Position numbers and translations under genes: made by a program. Of a DNA stretch of 64,000 nt, positions 31,572-42,282 are shown in pieces. Positions within the stretch are counted from its first letter, which is position 1; each line of letters begins with the position of its first letter. Below the pieces are notes generated by a model. That model saw only the letters and a program-made list of their open reading frames with translations, did no database searches and had not been told where the DNA came from. Source of the stretch: a bacterium (GTDB taxonomy: Bacteria; Margulisbacteria; Marinamargulisbacteria; GCA-2716485; JAYNIM01). The stretch lies in the NCBI GenBank assembly GCA_038109055.1, contig JAYNIM010000001.1, positions 135,045 to 199,044 of the forward strand, given 5' to 3'.

Positions 31572-31738
31572 TACTTGTTAAGATGTTCTGTTTTTAATTG
31601 CTTAAAAATAATTGTTATTTATACTATTTTCAGCTTTATTTGTGCTTAAATTTTATCAGATAAATTATGTTTCTTGCAAGTTTTTAAGAGGATGATTTTT
31701 TTGTTTATGTTGTGTCCTGGTGTAAACTGGATAAAGTA

Positions 31739-34700
31739 ATGAAAAAAGATTTTTGGCGATTCTATGTTGATATTGGGGGTACGTTTACTGATTGTTTGGC
31801 TGTGAGTCCAGAAGGTGCTTATCACCAAAAAAAAGTTCTTTCTTCGGACGACAGTGTGTTGCTATGTTTACGTTCTTTTTTAGGCTTGAACTCAGATGAG
31901 CCATTCCCTTTTTTACAACTTACGTTAGCAACGACTATTGCCACGAACACTTTGTTAGAGAAGAAAGGATCAAAGGTTTTATTTATTTGTCAAAAAGGGT
32001 TTAAGGATATGTTGTCTATTGGAACTCAGCAGCGTTCAGACCTTTTTTCATTAAAGATTTCTATGCCATTTTCGCTACATGCGGCAGTCTTAGAAATACC
32101 GGATAGAATTACGCCAGATAATCGGGTGTTGGTTTCTGCTGATGATTCGGCTGTGTTTTTAGCGTTACAAAACTATTATCAACAGGGGTATCGGGAGTGT
32201 GCGATTTGTCTTTTACATAATCACCTTTATTCTCAGCAAGAACAACGGATTTTGGCGTTGGCGAAACAAGTAGGATTTACATATATTAGTTGTGGACATG
32301 AAATGTTGCCTGAATTGGGGTATTTAAAACGATCAGTTAATACGGTTTTGGATGCGTATTTAAGCCCTACTTTGAAGCAAAAGATTCATCACTTATCGAC
32401 TCATTTAAGTTTAGACAAAAAAAACTTTTTTATGATGTCTTCGAATGGTGGGTTGGTTTCCCCTACCTCTTTGAAAGGAGCTCAATCTCTGTTATCCGGC
32501 CCGGTGGCTGGGGCGTTAGCCACCTCGGCGTTGTCTACGCAATATAAAGTCAATTTATTGGGCTTTGATATGGGAGGCACGTCAACGGATATTTGTGTTG
32601 CTGTTAAGGGGCAAGTGAAAAAATCTTATTCCTTTTTTTTACACGATTATTTGGTTCATGGTTCTAGTTTAAATGTTGAAAGTATTGCAGCTGGAGGGGG
32701 CTCTATTTGTCGATTGCAGCGGACAGAATTCAAGGTTGGGCCAGATGCTTCAGGCTCTCACCCAGGGCCATTATGTTATGCAAAAAAAGATTCGGATGGG
32801 GTTCCCTTAGCAACGGAACTTTGTGTGACAGATGTTAATTTGATTTTAGGGCGAATTTTACCTACTGAATTTCCCCTTAATCTTCATTTAAAACCTGTGA
32901 TTAATAAACTGAAGTATATGCAACGTGAGTTGAAACAACTTGGCGAGACCTTGTCGATTGAAGAAATTGCAGAAAGTTTTTTTGATATGGTTATTATCAT
33001 GATGGCGAAAGGGGTAGAAAAACATGTGTTTTCTTTGGGATATAAGGCGAAGGATTTTGTTTTGAATTGTTATGGAGGGGCGGCAGGTCAGCATGCTTGT
33101 GCATTGGCAAAACGTTTGGGTATTAAGGAATTGCTTTTTCATCCGTGGGCGGGGTTACTGTCTACCTTGGGTCTCTGTGTTGCTAAAAAAATGTGGGAGC
33201 AAAGTTTTCCTGTGAATCGTTTGCTGTTATCTGAGCAGTCGCTTAGTCAATTAAATCATCAAATTTCTCAGCGTCTTCACTTAGGGAAAAAGGCCTTAAA
33301 GATGGAAAATGAAACCAATTTGCGTTGTGTTGTTGTCTTAGATTTATGTTTTAAAGGGACTGAATATTGCTTGAATATTTCAGGAGAGACTGTTGATGAT
33401 TATAAACAGAAATTTTTAGAGGCGTATCAGGCTCAATTTGGCTATGTTCATAAGGCGGATATCGAAATTCGTCAGTGTCGTGTTGAGCTTTTTCCAAACG
33501 AATCTGAGTGTCCTACCTTAAACTTGTCTACGCGTTCTAAAACATTACCGAAGGCAGAACAATATTCTATGTTAATTCTACAAGGTAAGCAGCAACGAGT
33601 TCCGGTATATCGTAGAGAGCAACTTCCTTTTTTGACGGAGATGCAGGGGCCGTTAATGGTCTTGGATGCATATTTTACGTTGGTTGTTGAACCTGAGTTT
33701 GTACTTGTTTTATTTGAAGATGGTTGTCTTTATTTAAAACAAACTGTTTGTTCTCAGCAGAAAAAATCGTCCTCTTTGGCTGTTTCTAGTAGTTTGCTGC
33801 AAAAGCAGTTTCAGGGTATCTCGGAACAAATGGGGTGTGTCTTGCAGCGTAGTGCGATGTCTTTAAATATTCGTGAACGTTTGGATTTTTCATGTGCGTT
33901 GTTTACGTCTACGGGGCAGTTAATTGCGAATGCTCATCATATACCTGTGCATTTAGGTGCTATGTCTACAACGGTTCGTTCGCTACTTAAAAATGTGAGC
34001 GTCTTTAAAACGGGGGATGTTTATGTGAGTAATAACCCTTATAAAGGGGGCTCACATTTGCCAGATGTTACGTGTATTAGCCCTGTTTTTTTTGAAGAAA
34101 AGCTGCTTTTCTTTGTTGCGACAAGGGCACATCATGAAGATATTGGAGGTATTACACCTGGGTCTATGCCTGCTTTATCTCGACATTTACTTGAAGAAGG
34201 CGTTTTGATTGATGATGTTCGTTTGGTTTCTGCTGGCTGTTTTGATGAAGCTTTGTTTGATAGGCTTTTTAAGCAGGGACAGTATCCGTCACGTAAACCT
34301 AAACATAATAAAGCAGATTTGCAGGCTCAGATTGCGGCGAATTATTATGCTGTTCAGGCATTAAGGGACCTGGTTTCTGTTGAGGGAAGTGACTATTTAT
34401 ATCGGAATATTCACTATTGTTTTGATTTGTCTGCTCAGTATTGTAAAGAAAGTTTGATTCCTTTTTTTAATCATCCCCGTTCTTTTTCGGATACTTTGGA
34501 TGATGGCGCTGTTATTAAAGTGAGTCTTTATGAAAAGGATGCTCTTTTTTATTTTGATTTTTCCGCTTCAAGTATGCAGCAATCATCTAATTTGAATGTT
34601 CCTCCTGCGATTGTTGAGGCTGTTGTAGTATACACATTGAGAACGTTAATTGATAAAGATATTCCCTTAAATGATGGTTTGTTACGTTATGTCCGTATTT

Positions 34701-35308
34701 TGCTAGCTCCACAAAGTATCTTGAATCCAGGTTCAGGTGCGGCTGTTGCAGCAGGTAATGTTGAGACATCACAGCGTTTGGCGGATGTTCTTTTTGCTGC
34801 GTTGGGATTAGCTGCAGCTAGTCAAGGAACGATGAATAATGTAAGTTTTGGGAATGATATTTTTGGTTATTATGAAACAATTGCGGGAGGTACAGGCGCT
34901 GGTCCTGGTTTTTCTGGTGCATCTGGAGTTCATTCACATATGACCAATACACGGATTACTGATCCCGAGGTTTTAGAGTCTTCTTTTCCTGTTCGTCTTC
35001 ATTCTTTTTCTTATCGTTCTCAGTCGGGAGGATTAGGACAATGGAAAGGTGGAGATGGGTTGTATCGTGAGTATGAGTTTTTAGCTCCTTTAAAAGTTTC
35101 CTTGTTGACACAGCGACGTGTTAACGCTCCATTTGGATTAGCAGATGGTGAGGCGGGTCAAAAAGGTCAAAATGTCCGTTTGTTTTTTAAAGATGGTGCT
35201 TGGCAACATAGGATCTTAGCGAATAATGTTGCTTACCAAGCTTCTCGAGGAGAACGTTTGGCTATTTTAACGCCCGGTGGGGGTGGTTGGGGGCCTTATG
35301 ATCGTTAA
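31739..35308 (+). CDS. Fused hydantoinase A/B (ATP-dependent 5-oxoprolinase-like)
   Basis: DIGGTFTD, SGP, DMGGTSTD, AAGGGS, NIRERLDFSCA, HIPVHLGAM, SHLPD, QGTMNN, TPGGGGWG. Confidence 0.93.
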   Translation: MKKDFWRFYVDIGGTFTDCLAVSPEGAYHQKKVLSSDDSVLLCLRSFLGLNSDEPFPFLQLTLATTIATNTLLEKKGSKVLFICQKGFKDMLSIGTQQRSDLFSLKISMPFSLHAAVLEIPDRITPDNRVLVSADDSAVFLALQNYYQQGYRECAICLLHNHLYSQQEQRILALAKQVGFTYISCGHEMLPELGYLKRSVNTVLDAYLSPTLKQKIHHLSTHLSLDKKNFFMMSSNGGLVSPTSLKGAQSLLSGPVAGALATSALSTQYKVNLLGFDMGGTSTDICVAVKGQVKKSYSFFLHDYLVHGSSLNVESIAAGGGSICRLQRTEFKVGPDASGSHPGPLCYAKKDSDGVPLATELCVTDVNLILGRILPTEFPLNLHLKPVINKLKYMQRELKQLGETLSIEEIAESFFDMVIIMMAKGVEKHVFSLGYKAKDFVLNCYGGAAGQHACALAKRLGIKELLFHPWAGLLSTLGLCVAKKMWEQSFPVNRLLLSEQSLSQLNHQISQRLHLGKKALKMENETNLRCVVVLDLCFKGTEYCLNISGETVDDYKQKFLEAYQAQFGYVHKADIEIRQCRVELFPNESECPTLNLSTRSKTLPKAEQYSMLILQGKQQRVPVYRREQLPFLTEMQGPLMVLDAYFTLVVEPEFVLVLFEDGCLYLKQTVCSQQKKSSSLAVSSSLLQKQFQGISEQMGCVLQRSAMSLNIRERLDFSCALFTSTGQLIANAHHIPVHLGAMSTTVRSLLKNVSVFKTGDVYVSNNPYKGGSHLPDVTCISPVFFEEKLLFFVATRAHHEDIGGITPGSMPALSRHLLEEGVLIDDVRLVSAGCFDEALFDRLFKQGQYPSRKPKHNKADLQAQIAANYYAVQALRDLVSVEGSDYLYRNIHYCFDLSAQYCKESLIPFFNHPRSFSDTLDDGAVIKVSLYEKDALFYFDFSASSMQQSSNLNVPPAIVEAVVVYTLRTLIDKDIPLNDGLLRYVRILLAPQSILNPGSGAAVAAGNVETSQRLADVLFAALGLAAASQGTMNNVSFGNDIFGYYETIAGGTGAGPGFSGASGVHSHMTNTRITDPEVLESSFPVRLHSFSYRSQSGGLGQWKGGDGLYREYEFLAPLKVSLLTQRRVNAPFGLADGEAGQKGQNVRLFFKDGAWQHRILANNVAYQASRGERLAILTPGGGGWGPYDR

Positions 35309-36686
35309 CCCTACCCTTATTGATGCGCGCTTGTTGTCTTTGTTTCGGCATATTGCCAAAGTAGGTGGACGAGCGTATTTTGTGGGGGGCTTTGTTCGAG
35401 ATCTTTTTTTGTTAGGTTTTGTTAGTAAAGATGTTGATATTGAGGTTTATGGACTTGATTTTACATCCTTAAAGGCCTGTGTCTCCTCTTTTGGTCCGGT
35501 GAATGAAGTTGGAAAATCGTTTTCAGTTTTAAAGTTAGTGATGCAGGGTTATGAAATTGACTTATCCTTGCCTAGGGTGGAGCAGAAAATTGGGAAAGGT
35601 CATAAGGGATTTTCGGTGACGCCTAATCCTTTGTTGTCTTATCAAGAAGCCGCTTTACGTCGCGATTTTACGATTAATAGTATGGCTTATGATCCGTTGG
35701 CGGATTGCTTATTGGATCCATATGATGGTCAAAAAGATATCAAAAAGAAGGTTTTAAGGCATGTAAGTTCGGCTTTTGTTGAGGACCCTTTACGTGTTTA
35801 TCGTGCGATGCAATTTGCGGCTCGCTTTGAGTTTTCTATTGCTTCTGAAACAATTGATCTGTGTCGGGAGTGTCGCTTGGAGGAATTGCCTAAGGAACGT
35901 GTGTTTGAGGAAATTAAGAAATTGTTTCTTAAGTCTAAACGGCCTTCATTAGGGTTAAATTACTGGGAGGCTTTGGGTATTTTACCCTATTTTCCTGAGT
36001 TGGCAGCAATAAAGGGCGTTTTACAGGATCCTGAATGGCATCCAGAGGGAGATGTTTGGGATCATACGATGATGGTTGTGGATGAATTGGCGAGTTTTGA
36101 TATTGAAGATGACAAAAGAAAGTTGATTTTGTCTTTTGCTGCTTTGTGTCATGATTTTGGTAAATCTACAACGACGTCTATGATTGATGGACGATGGCGG
36201 AGTCCGGGGCATGAACAAGCTGGTGTGAGACCTAGTCGCTCTTTTTTGCAACGTATTACCTCTGAAACCTTTGTGATTGATTCTGTGTGTCATTTGGTTA
36301 ATTGTCATTTGAGGCCTGCGTTACTTTATCAGGCACAGCAAACACAGTGTGTATCTGATGCGGCTATTCGTCGTTTGGCGATACAGGTGCCTATTTCTGA
36401 TTTGCTGTTATTAGCAACGGCTGATCATTTTGGGCGTCATACCGAGGATGCATTCGCGAGAGACTTTCCGGCGGGTCAGTGGTTAAAATCTCGTGCTGAA
36501 TCATTAGAGGTTAAGGATCAGGCACCGCAACCGTTGATTTTGGGTCGAGATCTTATTGCCTTGGGTTATGTCGCTGGTCCGGCATTGGGTAAGCAACTTT
36601 CTATTCTTTTTGAGGCGCAATTAGAGGGGGCTTTTTCTACAAAACAAGCAGGGTTAGATTGGTTAAAAGATCAGAAAAGCTTTTGA
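35298..36686 (+). CDS. cca: CCA tRNA nucleotidyltransferase with HD domain
   Basis: VGGFVRD, DVDIE, RRDFTIN, EDPLR, ERVFEE, WHPEGDVWDHT, LCHDFGK. Confidence 0.93.
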   Translation: MIVNPTLIDARLLSLFRHIAKVGGRAYFVGGFVRDLFLLGFVSKDVDIEVYGLDFTSLKACVSSFGPVNEVGKSFSVLKLVMQGYEIDLSLPRVEQKIGKGHKGFSVTPNPLLSYQEAALRRDFTINSMAYDPLADCLLDPYDGQKDIKKKVLRHVSSAFVEDPLRVYRAMQFAARFEFSIASETIDLCRECRLEELPKERVFEEIKKLFLKSKRPSLGLNYWEALGILPYFPELAAIKGVLQDPEWHPEGDVWDHTMMVVDELASFDIEDDKRKLILSFAALCHDFGKSTTTSMIDGRWRSPGHEQAGVRPSRSFLQRITSETFVIDSVCHLVNCHLRPALLYQAQQTQCVSDAAIRRLAIQVPISDLLLLATADHFGRHTEDAFARDFPAGQWLKSRAESLEVKDQAPQPLILGRDLIALGYVAGPALGKQLSILFEAQLEGAFSTKQAGLDWLKDQKSF

Positions 36687-36718
36687 TGTTTCTGTTTATC
36701 GGTTAGAATGTTTAGGCT

Positions 36719-36970
36719 ATGTCTAAGAAAAAGAAGAAGCCCAAGTTAAATAAAAGTAATTATTTGGAAAATATGTTTTTTGCACATTATGAGGGGTATA
36801 ATCCAAATAAAAAGAAACAATTGTGTCAGACCTTTTTTGATAAGGATTGGTCTGAATTAACAGGGATTGAATTGAATAAATTGGTTTTTTTTGGTCAGAG
36901 TATGGATTCAATACTTGAGCATTATGGTGTCTCGACACATCAATTCTTGGATAAGTTGCGTAGGGAATAA
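36719..36970 (+). CDS. Hypothetical 83-aa protein
   Basis: ORF following cca with a TAGAAT box 9 nt upstream of ATG; basic N-terminus. Confidence 0.6.
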   Translation: MSKKKKKPKLNKSNYLENMFFAHYEGYNPNKKKQLCQTFFDKDWSELTGIELNKLVFFGQSMDSILEHYGVSTHQFLDKLRRE

Positions 36971-36980
36971 TCTTTATGTG

Positions 36981-37025
36981 TAAGAGGTTCCTAATTAGTA
37001 AGGGGGAACTTCTTAAGAACCTCTT
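36981..37025. terminator. Hairpin between convergent genes, with an alternative third arm
   Basis: TAAGAGGTTCC (36981-91) pairs with GGAACTTCTTA (37005-15) or with GAACCTCTT (37017-25). Confidence 0.5.
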
Positions 37026-37090
37026 TCATAATTGTTAACGGCATTTTTCTTTTGAAATTTCATTTATTTTTTTATTAGTCATTAAGTAGA

Positions 37091-39298
37091 TTAATCGTTT
37101 GCATGATGTGGTAACTCTTCAATTTCCTTTTCTTTACAAAATATCTCAGATGATACGACTCCCATAAATATCCAAGGTGCTAAATAAAGACTAAGGTACG
37201 GTATTGCAATACATAGTTCTTTGATTGTATCGAAGATGTTTAATTGAGCTCGTTCTTGTGGATCGAGCATAAATAGACTATAAGCTGATTGATATATTAT
37301 TTTATTAATACCGATCCATCTGTCTTCTGTTTGATCTGCACATGCTTTTAAATAGTAACTTTCTAGTGAAGGAAAGCTGTTTAAGGTTGATGTTTGAAAA
37401 TGTGCATGACAAACACTCAGGTCTGGGTTTCTTTTTATATTTTGGGAACCATGTACAAACCACGTATCGTCTAATTCTAGAAGCCAACTAATTAAAATGC
37501 CGGATGCAACGCCTAATATTAAACTTAGTTGAAAAGACTTTTTGATGTTTCTTTGAAAGTTATTATTTAGATGTATTGCTAGTGGAATTGCGAATAATAG
37601 TGCACAAACATCTGGTAGAATTGATAGTTTGTCGCCTACCCATTTTCTATTAAAATATCTTTTTTCATTCCAATTTTCGCAGTTATTAGCAGTAGATAAT
37701 ACGTCTAATTGTCTGTGGTCTTTTTTTATTTCAACCTTATCATTTCGTATTGCTTCTACATAATCTTTCAGATATTTAGGTAACATTGAAAGATCTTCAA
37801 CTCTTAATGAAAGATATTCTAAACGTCTTATATCAATATCATTCTGTAGATTACTTAATACAGTTTCAAAGTTACTTGTATTTACAAATAGGTCCCATAT
37901 TAGGCTTGCTTCAAGCTGTTCTAAAAATTGATTGCTCTTTTCTGGATTTAGTACGTAATTTATAAGAAACTTATTTTCTTGAATATCTTTTTGACAAAAA
38001 AGATGCGGTAAGACGTGTTCTACTATATCACTGATATTTTTATTACTAACTTGTTTTGTGCAATTAGCTTTGATATCTTTCCATAACGTTTCTAAGTGTA
38101 GCCATGTGTCACACTTAGCTTTAGTTTGGTTCCACTCTTGTAGTATGCTGCATTGTAGATGCTTTGTTTCTGCTTTATTACATGTCGATCTCATATCTTT
38201 TAATTCACACATTAGACGTTTATTTATCATTGGATCGTGTAAGGTTGTCCCCTGAAGGTTGTGAATATTTCCTGTACGAAGAAACTTCTTTATCATTTCT
38301 TTCTCTAATATTTCCCAGTCAGTTAAATTTAGAGCAAGTGATTTTGATAATACATCTTTCATCTTATCTGGAATGAAATTAGATTTATAGTAGTCAATTG
38401 GTTGGAATTGGGATATAGAGATTATATGATTAACTACATAAACGACATCCTCAAAAGAATAGTCCCCTGGTTGTATTGTTTTATACATATCCCCAAGATT
38501 CATTTGAAATGTTCTTTCAGCTGATACACGTTCTTGAGTGATTACTGGAGTATATGCACTTCTTATTATTTCCATTTCTAGAAGTTGTCCTCCTAAACCT
38601 GAATGACAAGTGTCTCCATTTAACCCTGCTCGATCTGCAATGATGCTTATTTTTGTGGCCCCACATTTTCTGGATCCCTCTGGGCACAGTGCTAGCTTTT
38701 TTAAAAAGTCAACGGCTTCGGGTTTTTTTAGTACAGGATCAGAGGTGTCCCATATTATGACTACTTCATCCATTTCATATTCTAGACAGTGTGAAACCCA
38801 GGGTGCTAACTTTGACCATGGAACCCCTTTAAAGCTTAGGTCAAATATATCCGCAGGGCCTGCTGTTAGAGGCTTTAATGGAGAAAAATTTGTTAAACCT
38901 TCTAGAACTTTAAAATCCCCGTAATGTTCACCTGGTACAGGATTTTGAGTTAAACCAGGGAGGTCTAATTCTAATACTGGCATACAAGGTGCTTGTGTAG
39001 GGTCTTCTTTTATTGCATCTGTCATTCCATGGGTTTGTGTTAATGCATTGTGTTCACCCAATGGGCTGTCATACCAAGGGGCTTTTATCGCTTGAGATGT
39101 TTGTTTATTATTATTGCTGAGACGCCACAACATTACTCCATTTTGAATTACGTAAATAAATGCTGTTGCTGTTGCAAGGCTCAGGCTCCATGTTGCTGTT
39201 TTTTGCCATATTTTCTTGCAGTGTTCTGTTACGTCTCTTTTTCTAAATTGATTTCTTGGATGTTTTGAACTTTTCAGTTGAGTTATATTATGTGACAT
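37091..39298 (-). CDS. Orphan 735-aa membrane protein
   Basis: Long ORF; one N-terminal and about three C-terminal hydrophobic segments; Cys-rich soluble domain; no family recognised. Confidence 0.75.
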   Translation of the reverse strand: MSHNITQLKSSKHPRNQFRKRDVTEHCKKIWQKTATWSLSLATATAFIYVIQNGVMLWRLSNNNKQTSQAIKAPWYDSPLGEHNALTQTHGMTDAIKEDPTQAPCMPVLELDLPGLTQNPVPGEHYGDFKVLEGLTNFSPLKPLTAGPADIFDLSFKGVPWSKLAPWVSHCLEYEMDEVVIIWDTSDPVLKKPEAVDFLKKLALCPEGSRKCGATKISIIADRAGLNGDTCHSGLGGQLLEMEIIRSAYTPVITQERVSAERTFQMNLGDMYKTIQPGDYSFEDVVYVVNHIISISQFQPIDYYKSNFIPDKMKDVLSKSLALNLTDWEILEKEMIKKFLRTGNIHNLQGTTLHDPMINKRLMCELKDMRSTCNKAETKHLQCSILQEWNQTKAKCDTWLHLETLWKDIKANCTKQVSNKNISDIVEHVLPHLFCQKDIQENKFLINYVLNPEKSNQFLEQLEASLIWDLFVNTSNFETVLSNLQNDIDIRRLEYLSLRVEDLSMLPKYLKDYVEAIRNDKVEIKKDHRQLDVLSTANNCENWNEKRYFNRKWVGDKLSILPDVCALLFAIPLAIHLNNNFQRNIKKSFQLSLILGVASGILISWLLELDDTWFVHGSQNIKRNPDLSVCHAHFQTSTLNSFPSLESYYLKACADQTEDRWIGINKIIYQSAYSLFMLDPQERAQLNIFDTIKELCIAIPYLSLYLAPWIFMGVVSSEIFCKEKEIEELPHHAND

Positions 39299-39574
39299 AA
39301 ATGTATTTTTTTAATTTATTTCTTTAAGTTAATTTCAAATTTCCTGAGGGTAGTTTTGCTAAACTGGTAAATTTAGTTTTATTAGTTAATTTTGAGTAGA
39401 CTTTTGGGGTTACTTTGGAAATTGAAATTTTTGATATGTACCTAGTAAAAAAATGGCTAAATTTATTTGTTTTAGATTTTTTGATAAAATAACTTTTTAA
39501 TTTTTAGCATTTATTTTATTAAACGTAAATACTCTTTGTGTTTATGGATAGGTGTTTTATCAATGATTATTTTA

Positions 39575-40852
39575 TTAGTGGGTGTTTAGAGTTTTAAAAT
39601 AACGTTTCATTGTATGTGTTATTTGCTGTAACTCTTGTTCCTTGATGATATAAGCGGGAGTTGTGTATAGAAATTTTGAGAAAGGGCGTAACCATATGCC
39701 CTGTTTGAGTGCGTAGGCTTGTGCGTCTTTTAGAGTTTCTGGCTCTTTGACTTCGATGATAGCGATGGCTCCATGGGTTCGGCATGAACGTACAAGGGGG
39801 TGTTTAAAGTTTCGAAAGGCTTCTTGTAAGTGCTTGCTTATTTTCGTTATTTTTTTGAGATAGTGTTGGGATTCAAATAGATTTATACTTGCCTGAGCGA
39901 TATTACAGGCTAAGGGGTTTCCACAGAAGGTGGGGCCGTGCATAAATGGGTCTTTGTCTTCGGGTAAAAATGCTTCGAAGATAGCATGGCTTGCAAGGGT
40001 GGCTGCTAAACCTAGATATCCGCCTGATAGGCCTTTTCCTAGGACTAATATATCAGGGGTGATCCGACATTGATCAAATGCGAAGCGTGTTCCTAAGCGG
40101 CCAAACCCTGTAGCGACTTCATCAAAAATAACTAGGATATTATAGTGTTTGGCTAGTGCGCATAGTTTTTCTAGATATACGGGACTGTAAAAAGACATGG
40201 AGGAAGCGCCCTGAAAAATGGGTTCTAGCATCAGAGCGGCAATACTGTGATGCTGGGATTTAATCACGTGTTCAGCCTGAGAAAGTGCTTTTTGAAGATC
40301 ACTGTCTTTTGGGTTAAGTCCTCCTTTAGGTGGCGTTAAAAAAAGGTGTTTAGATCTTTGTTGACTTCCAAAGGCACGATGCATGCCATCGTTTGGGTCG
40401 CAGAGTGCCATGCAGCCGATTGTGTCTCCGTGATAGCCCCCTTCTAGTGTGAGTAATCGTGTTTTATTTTTTTTGTTTAGATTGTACCAGTATTGTAGGG
40501 CCATTTTGATCGCAACTTCACAGCCTACCGATCCGCTATCGGAGAAAAATACTTTATCAAGTCCTTTTGGCGTTAGCTGGATCAGTGTATCAGCTAATTT
40601 TTGGCTGGCAGTGGTATAAAATCCGCCAAGCATGATGTGTGAGACTTTGTTTAGTTGTTCGTTGGCAGCTTGGTTTAAAATGGGGTGGTTATAGCCATGA
40701 ATGGTGGACCACCAAGATGACATGGCGTCGATGAGGGTTTGATTATTTTCTAAGGTGATGTGGACGCCTTTGGCAGATGTGCAGTGTAAAATGGGGCTTT
40801 TTTGTTTCATCAGACTATAAGGGAACCATATAGGGCTTGTAATGGGATTCAT
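39575..40852 (-). CDS. bioA: Adenosylmethionine-8-amino-7-oxononanoate transaminase
   Basis: IWFPY, DAMSSWW..HGYNHP, DSGSV..EVAIKM, YHGDT, DEVATGFGR, GKGLSGG, HGPTF.GNP; start 40852 or 40873. Confidence 0.95.
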   Translation of the reverse strand: MNPITSPIWFPYSLMKQKSPILHCTSAKGVHITLENNQTLIDAMSSWWSTIHGYNHPILNQAANEQLNKVSHIMLGGFYTTASQKLADTLIQLTPKGLDKVFFSDSGSVGCEVAIKMALQYWYNLNKKNKTRLLTLEGGYHGDTIGCMALCDPNDGMHRAFGSQQRSKHLFLTPPKGGLNPKDSDLQKALSQAEHVIKSQHHSIAALMLEPIFQGASSMSFYSPVYLEKLCALAKHYNILVIFDEVATGFGRLGTRFAFDQCRITPDILVLGKGLSGGYLGLAATLASHAIFEAFLPEDKDPFMHGPTFCGNPLACNIAQASINLFESQHYLKKITKISKHLQEAFRNFKHPLVRSCRTHGAIAIIEVKEPETLKDAQAYALKQGIWLRPFSKFLYTTPAYIIKEQELQQITHTMKRYFKTLNTH

Positions 40853-40893
40853 GTCTCTTGTTATAGCAGACATCCGCTTTCTTTAACATTAGT

Positions 40894-40922
40894 TTGACCA
40901 TCTCTTCGAATCCGCTTACAAT
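40894..40922 (+). promoter_or_regulatory. Sigma70 promoter of efp (leaderless-type)
   Basis: TTGACC-N17-TACAAT-N6-ATG. Confidence 0.7.
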
Positions 40923-40928
40923 TTGAGC

Positions 40929-41495
40929 ATGATCGTTAATGCTACCCAGATTCGTGTAGGGATGATTTTACTTTTGGATGCAGAGTTGTATCGTGTGCTC
41001 TGGACTATGCATCGTACGCCTGGCAAAGGGAATGCGTGTATGCAAACTAAGTTGAAGCATGTCTTAACAGGAAAGAATTTAGAAAAACGATTTTTGTCTA
41101 CAGAGAGAGTTGAGCGTGCTACGTTGGATAGTGAATCCATGCAGTATTTGTATCAAGAGCCTGATGCTTTAATTTTTATGAATAATGAGACCTTTGAACA
41201 GATTTCGGTGTCTAAGGAGTTACTTGCAGATGGGGTGTTGTTTTTAAAAGAGGGAGATAATTACGATCTCACTTTTTATGAGTCGCAGGTTGTGTCGGTA
41301 CAGTTGCCGTTGACAGTGAACTTAGAGGTGACTTATGCGGCACCAGAAGTTAGAAAAGCGACGGCGACGTCGTCGTTGCGTCCCGTTGAAGTTGAAAATG
41401 GGATGACGATACAAGCACCAGCCTTTATAAAAACGGGTGATGTCATTAAAATAAATACAGAGACAATGTCTTATGTGGAGCGTGTAAGTATATGA
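40929..41495 (+). CDS. efp: Elongation factor P (Lys-type loop)
   Basis: HRTPGKG, MQYLY, FMNNETFEQ, PAFIKTGD.IKINT. Confidence 0.95.
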   Translation: MIVNATQIRVGMILLLDAELYRVLWTMHRTPGKGNACMQTKLKHVLTGKNLEKRFLSTERVERATLDSESMQYLYQEPDALIFMNNETFEQISVSKELLADGVLFLKEGDNYDLTFYESQVVSVQLPLTVNLEVTYAAPEVRKATATSSLRPVEVENGMTIQAPAFIKTGDVIKINTETMSYVERVSI

Positions 41496-41797
41496 AAAAA
41501 TCAGACGGTGAGAATACTGAAATTCAATTGGAACTTAATGATGCTGTTGCGCAAGGCATTTATGCTAATTTATCGATGGTTAATTATCGCGCTGAAGAAT
41601 TTGTGTTGGATTATATTTTTTTGCAACCCAATCTTCCTAAGGGGAAGGTTTTGTCTCGCTTGATATTGTCGCCTAAGCATGCCAGACGTTTAGCCAATAT
41701 GCTAGAGACTAGTTTAGCAGATTATGAATCGAAGGTGGGCCCTATAGATGATGATTCTGAAGTTGCTGATGCGGATTTGAATTTTAGTGTTAATTAA
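41492..41797 (+). CDS. DUF3467 family protein
   Basis: AQGIYAN, EFVLD, SRLILSPKHARRL, YESKVGPI. Confidence 0.85.
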   Translation: MKKSDGENTEIQLELNDAVAQGIYANLSMVNYRAEEFVLDYIFLQPNLPKGKVLSRLILSPKHARRLANMLETSLADYESKVGPIDDDSEVADADLNFSVN

Positions 41798-41815
41798 CGT
41801 TTTATAGGGTCTCTT

Positions 41816-42259
41816 TTGTTAAGAGATAGCGAATTTTTGAATTTGGCGATTCAAGAAGCAGATAAGGCCTTCGTAAAGGATGAGGTTCCTGTAGGTGCGG
41901 TCATTGTTAAGAGTGATGAAGTGATTGCCTTTGCTCATAATGAGAAGGAGTCATCGAATGATATTACGGCTCATGCAGAAATATTGGCTTTGCGACGAGC
42001 AAGTGAGCAATTGGGTGATTGGCGTTTGACCGGATGTACCCTTTATTGCACCTTGGAACCCTGTGTGATGTGTGCCGGAGCTATTTTTCATTCCCGTATT
42101 GATCGGGTTGTTTTTTGTGCCTGGGACTATAAATGGGGTGGCCTGGGTTCTAAGGTTGATTTGTGTTGTTTGGGTTTAAATCATTCTTTGGATGTCCTGT
42201 GTTTGCCTAATGAGAGGTATCAGCAGACCTTAAGCGCTTTTTTTAAAAGCAAGCGTTAA
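41816..42259 (+). CDS. tadA: tRNA-specific adenosine deaminase
   Basis: EVPVGAV, TAHAE, TLEPCVMCAGA, FF..R end. Confidence 0.9.
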   Translation: MLRDSEFLNLAIQEADKAFVKDEVPVGAVIVKSDEVIAFAHNEKESSNDITAHAEILALRRASEQLGDWRLTGCTLYCTLEPCVMCAGAIFHSRIDRVVFCAWDYKWGGLGSKVDLCCLGLNHSLDVLCLPNERYQQTLSAFFKSKR

Positions 42260-42282
42260 ATTTTTTGTAAAAATACCTCATT

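Noticed and set aside
35298..36686. Split CC-adding or A-adding enzyme, or poly(A) polymerase
   Set aside because: The loop before RRD appears full length and an HD domain is present, consistent with an ordinary CCA enzyme
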